A stretch of 64,000 nucleotides of DNA from Tricharina praecox (lineage: Eukaryota), in contig NW_026250418.1 of NCBI RefSeq assembly GCF_024521635.1, forward strand, positions 310,001 to 374,000, in the 5' to 3' direction. How positions within the stretch are numbered: position 1 is the stretch's first letter; each line of letters starts with the position of its first letter. The notes under the pieces were generated by a model. It saw only the letters and a list, made by a program, of their open reading frames with translations, ran no database searches and was not told the DNA's origin. Below, piece by piece: positions 55,801 to 64,000 of the stretch. Position numbers and translations under genes: made by a program.

Positions 55801-57460
55801 TCTGTGGCATCCAAGAAACTTTGCCGGATCCCCGGGTAGCCTTTTCTTTCAACGTGGCGTCCACATCAAGCGCGAAGACATCGCCCATCTGCGACAGAGT
55901 GCAAATAGTGTCTCCTCCTCCCGTGATTTTCATGATCGAGTTAGAGCCAGTGTCGTACCGAGTGACGTTCATTACACCGGCTGGTAAACCAAAGAAACGT
56001 TCCATGGGGAATGTGAGCCTGGAATAGCCATATCCTGCCAAGATCCAGACTTCGCTATTCTCGAGCAAGATAACAGTGGCCTTGTCGATAGCGACGACGT
56101 CCTTGATCTTGGTTCCATTCAAGAACATGGCGGAGACTTTGCGTGGTGTGGACTGGACTTCCACGGTCTGCGCGTCCGAAGAATCCAAGATGCCTAACTG
56201 GCCATCGTTCTTCCCGAAAGTAAACAGGGAGTCTTCCGTGAAGACAGCAGTATGGACTCGACTAGCTGCACATCCGATGACAATCTCACGTTTGATGAGG
56301 CCGAAGACCTGACGGGGTGTCGGCTGCAGTGGCTCCTCCTTGGGCGATTTCTGTGGCTGAGCATAACCCAGCTGGCCACACTGATTCCTCCCCCAAGAGT
56401 ACACATCTCCACCCTCAAGGACAACAACAGTGTGGTCCTGTCCTAGCGCTACCTTTACCACCCTCTTCTTCGGAAGTAGCGGCGGCGACAGCGGACGGAA
56501 CGTGAACTGGACAGTCTGCTCTTCGCCGAAACCGAGTCGACCACCGCGGCCGAAACCACATACGAAGAGATTGGAATGGGGATCATCTGTAAGGATGGCA
56601 GTGTGAAATTTTGAAAGAAAGACTTCTTGAATTCGGATGGGATTAAACAGTACGGTTGCATCTAAAAGTTCCTCGGCTGTCTTGCCTTGGTTTCCTAGCC
56701 CGTCGTGATACCGTCGCTTCGCCTGCTCCAACAGTAGATGTCTTGGTCGGTGCAGCGGAATCCGCTCCGGAAAAGAGCGATCGTCTCCATCGATGAAACC
56801 CAGAGTCATGTTTTTGTTGGAGCCCCAAAAAAACACCTCGTCTCCCATCGCCACCAGTTGGCTTCCGCCAGCTACAGTTGCTTCATCCGTATCCGAATCT
56901 CCATCCAATCCATCGTCCACATCCTCGCGAGCGCGTCCTTCGGGAGTAATCTCAACCTCTTCGATAGTCGCCTCGAAAACATCGAACGGTGCATCTCCCG
57001 CATTGTCCTTGGACTTGACGAGACTCCAGTTGCTGGGACTCGCCAGGATGATCTCCCGTGCCGCAGAAATGTTCGCATGGTACAACGCACGATGCAGACA
57101 CGTCCACCCCGACTCCAGATCCACCAACGTCGGGTCCGTGAGGGGATGTGCCAGCAACGCCGTAACGAATGGCAACCGATCTTGCTCCGTACACGCCAGA
57201 TGCAAGACGTTCCTCCCCATAGCGTCGAGCTCCGCCAGCATCTTCTTCGTAATCACGACATTCGCTGGTGGCGATCCCGGACGATTCTTCGCCGAGATGG
57301 TACCGCCCAGTGATGATTTATAGGAGCCCGTGGGAGTCGTCAACCCCGCCCTGTGTGCGCGGTGTCCCGTGGTATAGGAGTAGGGCTGCGAGCCTTGGAG
57401 CAGGCGCTGGAAGCGCTCCGCATCATTTTCGAGGTAGTACCGCCAAAGGTAGCTGCTCAT
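52845..57460 (-). CDS. btb1: Ankyrin-RCC1-BTB/POZ protein (Btb1/IBTK-like Cul3 adaptor), ~1521 aa, 2 exons
   Basis: Ankyrin: GRNVLHLAC, DLESGWTCLHRALYHANI. RCC1 repeats: WGSNKNMTLG, CGFGRGGRLG, VALGQDHTV..WGRNQCGQLG. Two BTB-like segments: IPVHSFILSRSPVLRKL and VHSTLMRVRCPFFDAL. Intron 54380-54331. C-terminal KLSQKERKR and LQEIQEEQEFLQWWEAES motifs and an RGG-rich tail. Confidence 0.93.
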
Positions 57461-58383
57461 AACACGAAGGAAGATCCTTGATCGCTCTCGGTCACCCTGT
57501 GAACTGGGTGATGGAGCGATGAAGAATCGAATGGATCGAAACTAGAGGTTTCAATCCGGTTGGCGACGGGCGAAGAGTAGGTTGCGAAACCGTGGGAAGG
57601 CTGGACTGAAGTTTACTGACTGGCGGACGGGTGAAAGCCGGGTGGGAAACTTCGTGAACGCGGCCGTGGATTTGGATACGTGTGGAGCGCCGAGAGTCCG
57701 ATAGATCGATCAAAAGGTGGTGCACACGGACAGAAGTTCGAGGTTGAAGAGTGTGTATCTCCGGGGGTGCCGTGGCGGTGGCGGGGGCGGTGGGGCGCGG
57801 TGGACTACAGCAACACCGAGTCCTACGGAGGCGCGGGAAGCAGTTGGGCTGGCAATAGCTTGGATATCGGCAACGCTTGGAGAGAATTGAGGGTATCAAT
57901 CACTGGCTGAGGACGGCGGGGTTCGACGAAGGACGTTCAAAGGACGTTGGAGATGAGCAAGATTTGTTTCACGTTCACGGCTGATTAGTGGGCTTTTGAC
58001 TCTAGCGGCATCAACGATGATTGGTCCGGAGAAGGAGAAACACGGATTATCCCGTCACTCACCAGGCGTCATCCACTCTGAAAGATCTAATCTGATCGTC
58101 ACGCAGTCGATATTGATTCTGAGCTCTGAATCTTCAAAGCATGAGCGTCATGGACTCTGTGGTGTTAGAAGCCTCCAAATCCCTGTATACTCTGCCCGCC
58201 AGACTACCTTTCTATGGTTAGATAACGTAAGCGCAGGAAGCGAATCAGAACCTGGAAGTGAAACAGTCTTCGAGGTGTGGTTTAAGGCTAGCCTTGTGGG
58301 GTGCACCCCTATGTTAAAGCTACATGCTCCACACTTCCAGCAGCTACATATCCACTACTCTCCCAATATTCATCTATTGTCAA

Positions 58384-60045
58384 ATGTCTGTTACAAGCAA
58401 AAGTGGACCCGCCAGCAGTGGTCAAGGGGTGTTTGTACCTGTGAATAGCCGTCTTCAAACGGCCGTTACGTTTTACCACGCCAATCGACAAACTCCGGTT
58501 CCCCGTCTCTATCGAAGCAAGGATAACAAGGGGAAAAAGGTCACCAACTACGGCTATTCGATTCGGCGAGTAGCAACGATGCATGGGGTTGCTTACTCAC
58601 TTCTGCAAAGAGCGATTACTTCCGGTGGGAAGATCAAGACCCGGTCACAAGCACACGAAAAGGAGATGGTCCTGACGGTCGAGGAAGAGAAAGTTCTTGA
58701 AGAATGGTGTCTACAAAACATGCATGGTTGGGGCTATCAGATACGGCTTGACTTGCTACGAAATATGGCTTGTGCAATTGTCGAAGAGCGAGAACGGCGG
58801 AATTCCGAATCTGCCAGCGATTTCCGCCTTCGAATGCTCGACCATTTGAACGATGATGTCGGTCCAAATTTGGATCTCATTGGTAAGAACTGGTATAAAC
58901 GGTTCTTATCACGACATCCAGCAATATCGGCAATGCACAGTGGCATCGACCCTTTCAATCCCAACGCCGCTGTTCCTAAAAATCCTCCTGACCTGCGTCG
59001 GAATCAAAATCGTATCGACACACACGCTTCCGATGAATCGAGCTCTACGGCGAATCCGACTGACTTAACGATGGCCGCGACTCCTCCTCCGACAACACCT
59101 CCAAGACGAACGCCTCGATCAGACATATCGCGTCCCACAACCCCACGTAACGCTATCGAAGTGCAGCAGCATGTTGAAGCTCTCTTAGAATGGTTGGACT
59201 CTTCAGAACGTCAATGGATAGAGCTCGCAGAGTCTGGTATCCGGGAACGAGTACAACAACTAGCAAAGTCGGCATGCATGTCAATGTCCCGACTCGAAGC
59301 ACTCAAAATCGAAACCAACCGACAATTACGACTTTTCCAGCGTGACGGAGGAAACCCTAGTGACGAAGAAACTGGTCCCGACTATCAAGCAGAGTTGACT
59401 GATTGCCGAGTCCTTACGATTGGAGAAGCCAAATTACTAAGAAGACGAGCGGAGGAAAAATGGGAAGCGAAGCAACAGCGTTTGGATGAGAAGCGACAGG
59501 CAAACGCCTTGGAAAGAGCGATGATTGAATTGGATGGTCCCGACTATAAAACAGTGTTGACCGATAAACCAGTCCTTACGTTTGGAGAAGTCAATTGTCT
59601 AAGAAGACGAGCGGAGGAACTATGGGAAGCTGATATTTAGAAGCAATGGCGTTTGGATGAGAAGCGACAGGAGAACGCCTTGGAGCAAGCGATGATTGAA
59701 TCTCCTATGGGTGGTATCCACGAAGCACAAGCAGCTGCAGAACCCGGAGAGTCTGTTGTGTTTCAAACAATGAACCCGTTCAACGGATTGAATGAGGCTG
59801 GTGGAGTTTTTGGTGCATCGGTGGTGGAGGCTCTCAAGCCAGAGTTTTTCGTCGTCGCAACCGGAGAGAGATCCGAACATTATCAGCATCTAATTCCCCG
59901 GCTGAAGAAGGACAAGGTGAAGAGGGGCTATGCGCATCATGGGAAGGCGGAGAATTTTGGTGTTTGGACAACTGTCATGGCCAGAACCAAGGACGAGTGG
60001 ACATTCGTTCATGTTTCCTTTCCTTTGGATAGTTCTTCAGATTGA
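58384..60045 (+). mobile_element. pogo/Fot1-type transposase-derived ORF lacking the DDE core; one in-frame TAG at 59638-59640
   Basis: psq-like HTH YSIRRVATMHGVAYSLLQR, then TRSQAHEKEMVLTVEEEKVLEEWC..GWG and IGKNWYKRFLSRHP (CENP-B-type HTH). This runs directly into SGIDPFNPNA (post-DDE motif) and the typical PTTP../RVLT coiled-coil tail. ORF 59653-60045 is in the same frame. Confidence 0.85.
59374..59701 (+). repeat. 162-bp (54-aa) internal tandem duplication; copy 2 has a 9-nt insertion (59631-59639)
   Basis: GPDYQAELTDCRVLTIGEAKLLRRRAEEKWEAKQQRLDEKRQANALERAMIE vs GPDYKTVLTDKPVLTFGEVNCLRRRAEELWEADI*KQWRLDEKRQENALEQAMIE. Confidence 0.95.
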
Positions 60046-61085
60046 AACTTGTATGTAGTATGACCCCCCGGCGTCGGATGAATACTTTCTCTTCTCCATA
60101 ATCTTTTTGTACTGAATAGTCTCGGACTGGATTGACATTGTTGTACTGGATTCTCCTGCTTTCTGTTTTCTGTCATCTGAACTTGATTGATTCTATTGTA
60201 ACAAATACACGTGCCAGTTCCGTCAAGTTCATTCAATTGTACTTCAGACTTTTCTTCATGAGGAGTGACTCATTCGTGTCGTTTCAGCGGGCGATAGTTA
60301 CTCTAGAACATAGCAATCGGTGCCCCTTGTTAGAAGGACTCGTGGAGGCGATTCGCTGGAACGATCGAGATGGTGTCAAGTGGTATGTTCGGTCTAGGAG
60401 CTATTGGTACAAGAGAGAGAGAAAGAAAACCAAACTTGGACCTACCGCACCGAATGTTCCAAGCACCCACCACCGGTCCTCTGAATGGCTAGTGAACTAT
60501 TCACAGAAACACACTCGTCCCCACACTCCCCTCTGTCCGTTCCGCTGGACTCCCCGTTAGCAGCGACTGTGCCCGACCAGTCTATGCAAGTACGGGTCCA
60601 TGATTTGGACCAACCTGAACTGGTTATCTTAATGGTCCGAACTGGTATGTAGAAGCTGATAAAGTACCAGTAGAGGAACTATCGGGAACACATGTACGCC
60701 GTTGACTGCAGATTTAGCCACGGCTGCCTTGACAAACCAGCTTTCCAAATGGAAGGCCTTCCCCTAACTAACCGAAACTGCCCCGTTTCTCTGAGATGCC
60801 TCACAGTGCTTAATCCAGTTCGCTGGACGATGATGGTGAAGATAGCCCATCTGGATCTGGACCCTTACTGCACTCATTGTGACTCCCATAGGTATTTATC
60901 CTTGCCCTTTGCCACTCATCGGCTCCGATACGATGTCGTAATCACTTAGCGAGACTCGCGCACCCCTACAAGAACCCGCTATACGCGTCTCCCCGTCTCG
61001 AGTGCCATTTCACCACACTCCACGGTCCTCTTCTTCAACGGATCTTCACGTTCCGACGCCCCCGCTCGGTCTCAACACCGACAAC

Positions 61086-62834
61086 ATGCCCCCCAAACCA
61101 AAAACCCCCGCTACCACGAAAAAGGAACCTCCAAAGACCCAAACTCTCATCGCCAGCGCCAACACCGGCCTCACTTTTACCCGGCGACCTGTCGTCGCCT
61201 CACCGGCGACAGCGACGGCGACTCCACGACAGGGAAAGCTCTCCGCGTTCGGCTTCGCAAAGAAGAAGAAAGATGTGGTGGAGAAGAAGGGTGTGGAGAA
61301 AGAGGAGGTGATTGTGCAGGAAACGCAGTTCGCCGGGTTGACGCAGAGTCCCGGGTTCGAACCTTCCGACGGCGAGGATGAGGATGAAATGGGCACGGGA
61401 CTGAAGCCGAGGTTCGAAGGCGTCGCTAGGAGGCGGGGAAGTCGGAAGGAAGTGATGAGGATGGCTACGCCGCCGTTGACGGAAGACGCTACGCCGCCGT
61501 TGCCGATGGACGTCGTCAGAGAAGCACAGCTTGGGGTCGGCAGACGAGGGGAGCGTCAGGCCGTCGAAACCCCGCCGACGCTGCGGAAACGGAAGATCGA
61601 GACCGAGACACAAGACCCGACGCCGTCACCGACGGTGAGACGGAAGAGGAACATCACCCCCACCCCGTCCCCGCCTCCGCCTCCGCCTCCGCCAATACCG
61701 CACGATGATAGAGTCCTCATGCCGCCGCCTCCCGTAACACCAAAGCGTCCCGCGAACAAAAAGTTTCCGGACGAGATACCGTGCTCGCAGAGCCCCGTGC
61801 CTAGCCCGCTTAAGACGCAGGTAACGCCGGGGAAGTTCGAGATGCCGGTTTCGCCGTTGAAGGCCAGGAGCGTAGCCTCAAGGACTGTAGTGAGGAGTAG
61901 TCAGTGGTACGAAAATGAGGATACTCAGGGCGTTTTTGACTCGGTGGAGGCTGGGGATGCATCACCGCTCTCGCCGCTGCCAAAGACAACGCCTGAGCCG
62001 CTGGGATTCGATATGCCGAAGCATAAACAGAAGCATAAGCCCCCGTTCCCCCCTCCTATGGATCCAGTCTCCACCGGTTTCTCCTCACAAATCCAAACTC
62101 CCGCCACTCCCCCACACCCATCTCCCCGCACCCCTCCAGCCGCACGAACACCACCGGGCATCGTGCCGGAAACACCACCGCACCCGGCTTCCCAGCGTTA
62201 TCAAGGAATAAACCAAGCAACCGCCTCCTCCGCCAGCGCTCTCTCGCCCAAAGCGTTCTTTTCGCAGACGCAGTCACAAACCCAGGGCTCACATCGGCAT
62301 CCATCGCGCTCACCGAGCAGAACAGCCACGACAGCCACGACGCTGTTCTTCTCCACCGCGCGCGAGATGCCATCCCCAAGCAAGCCCAGCCCGGCAAAAC
62401 ACCATACCCCTCCCAGGCCAGATATAGAAGACGGAGAGGAAGACGACGACTTCGACCTGGACTTGGACCTGGACCTGGACCTGGACCTGGACTCGCAGCC
62501 AATACGCTACCCCATCACCGTCTCGCCCACTGTCTCGCTGCACTCCACTCTCACGCCCACCCACTCCTCCTCCGACGATACGGAAGAAGAAGAAGAAGAC
62601 CCACCGCAATCGTTCCACCCCGTGCGCACCCAGCAGTTCTCAGAGAGTATGTATGTGCGCAAGTTCGACGACGACGACGAGGAGGAGGAGGAGGAGGAGG
62701 AGGCGCGGCGGCGGGGAGGGAGGAAGGATAGGGAAGGGTGGAGGGATGCCGAAGACATTACTACCAGTCAGTTGCTCCCCGACACCTTGATGGAGACGTT
62801 TCCGCTGCCGGATAGTTGGGAGGAGACGCAGTAG
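61086..62834 (+). CDS. Uncharacterised intrinsically disordered Pro/Ser/Thr-rich protein (~582 aa, intronless)
   Basis: Long open frame from ACAACATG at 61086. Many S/T-P and S/T-Q sites, basic NLS-like stretches (KKKKD, RKRK, RRKR), acidic tracts, and C-terminal TSQLLPDTLMETFPLP. Confidence 0.8.
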   Translation: MPPKPKTPATTKKEPPKTQTLIASANTGLTFTRRPVVASPATATATPRQGKLSAFGFAKKKKDVVEKKGVEKEEVIVQETQFAGLTQSPGFEPSDGEDEDEMGTGLKPRFEGVARRRGSRKEVMRMATPPLTEDATPPLPMDVVREAQLGVGRRGERQAVETPPTLRKRKIETETQDPTPSPTVRRKRNITPTPSPPPPPPPPIPHDDRVLMPPPPVTPKRPANKKFPDEIPCSQSPVPSPLKTQVTPGKFEMPVSPLKARSVASRTVVRSSQWYENEDTQGVFDSVEAGDASPLSPLPKTTPEPLGFDMPKHKQKHKPPFPPPMDPVSTGFSSQIQTPATPPHPSPRTPPAARTPPGIVPETPPHPASQRYQGINQATASSASALSPKAFFSQTQSQTQGSHRHPSRSPSRTATTATTLFFSTAREMPSPSKPSPAKHHTPPRPDIEDGEEDDDFDLDLDLDLDLDLDSQPIRYPITVSPTVSLHSTLTPTHSSSDDTEEEEEDPPQSFHPVRTQQFSESMYVRKFDDDDEEEEEEEEARRRGGRKDREGWRDAEDITTSQLLPDTLMETFPLPDSWEETQ

Positions 62835-63080
62835 GTAATGGTGAGCCCGGGCGTTGGTTGAGATCACGATGAATGGGATGGGATGGGCCGGGAAGGGGGT
62901 TACATCGTGGCTTTTCTTTGGCGGTCATCAAGTATATGTGTGTATCATATGAGCGTCGCTGTCCGGTACAGCTTCTTTTAAGTTTTCGGGCACGTATCGG
63001 AATGGATCGGGAGCATTCGGCCTTGCGGTTTCTCTCTCTCTCTCTTGAGAGAACGGATGGAATGATTGGGCCACATAGGT

Positions 63081-63726
63081 AAAGTACTAGGTTAAAAGTT
63101 ATCGCCAGAGGGCCGTTTTACACCAAAAATGGCCACTTTCACACGACTAAACTCATCCTTCCTCTGACAGAAAAATATTGTGTCTTTCACAAACGCCGTA
63201 AAATCATAAACCCTCTCATATATGAAAAAAAAGTTGACCGCTTTTAGTCAAAATTGGTGGCTTTCGATGGGGGTTTGTGCATGACTTGAACGGCAATTCC
63301 GCATTTTGTATGGGGCTCCCAAACAAAAAGTTGCACGACAACCAGCGAAAACCATAAATTTTTCTCCTGAGCCGCATTGCTCAACCACAACTGCTTACAT
63401 TTGCGAGCCAGTTTCTTATAAGATCACCTAGGCTGTTAACAAGGACTTCCAATTGCCCAATATTTTTTACAGTGTGTTTGGGACGCAGAATCTGTGGTTG
63501 AAAATGGATAGCCTGGAGACAATGGGACTTGGGTTAGCCGCATAACTTCGCATAAAATATTGATTTCTTTTAGCTAGAAATTTGTCGAAGCTGGACATGT
63601 ATCTAATCATCCTGTACGCAAATTGATATTACTTTCTATTGTGTGGTTGTGGTGTTCGAGAGGTCTAGATGTGTGGTGTGGTGGTCTCGTAGGGGCGAGT
63701 GGCGATAACTTTTGACTTGGTACTTT
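63081..63726. mobile_element. Non-autonomous DNA transposon (MITE), ~645 bp, 27-bp TIRs
   Basis: Left end AAAGTACTAGGTTAAAAGTTATCGCCA (63081-63107); reverse complement of right end (63700-63726) AAAGTACCAAGTCAAAAGTTATCGCCA, 24/27 identical. AT-rich non-coding interior. Flanks can be read as a TA or an AGGT target duplication. Confidence 0.88.
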
Positions 63727-64000
63727 AGGTTCCTTCGTTCGAGCAGACATCTTGATTAGAGTACATAGAAGAGTAGACATAATACAGAATACCGAAATCA
63801 TCATAGGAAATAGAGCATGGTGGGAGGATGTTGACCGGATACAATCATAATCTTCACAATACAGTGCCATGAGCGTCACGCATCCCTAACCGTGGAACGA
63901 TGCAAGACGTTGATCACCCGTATATGGTTATTTACACAAGATATTTAGAGAAAGTAAACGTGAAAACAGAAGCAGTGCCAGTGAAGAGCGTCGCAGCGGT

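Noticed and set aside
58324..59640. Active autonomous transposase
   Set aside because: DDE catalytic core is absent and I found no TIRs flanking it

Overview
Eukaryotic genomic DNA from a filamentous ascomycete. The evidence is short GT-AG introns with CTAAC/CTGAC branch points and Pezizomycotina-type genes; a Pezizomycetes-like origin is plausible but is inference only. I support 13 cellular protein-coding genes: an FMN-binding NimA-like protein, a WW/FF splicing factor, proteasome alpha-3, an F-box/RPEL protein, a small Cys-rich conserved protein, a secreted/GPI Cys-rich protein, HSE1, STE20, an Artemis/SNM1-type nuclease, a BET1/SFT1-like SNARE carrying a 1-nt frameshift, capping protein alpha, an ankyrin-RCC1-BTB protein and an S/TQ-rich disordered protein. 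The window also holds one intron-containing tRNA-Ile(AAT), two LINE remnants, a ~645-bp MITE with clear TIRs, and long microsatellite-rich intergenic tracts. The most unusual locus is 58384-60045. It is a pogo/Fot1-transposase-derived ORF that keeps its DNA-binding domains, has lost the DDE core in frame, carries a 54-aa duplication, and runs through a single in-frame TAG into an unrelated ~115-aa domain. It is a candidate domesticated DNA-binding protein whose full-length form could depend on A-to-I editing or readthrough. All family assignments come from recognising motifs by eye, not from database searches.
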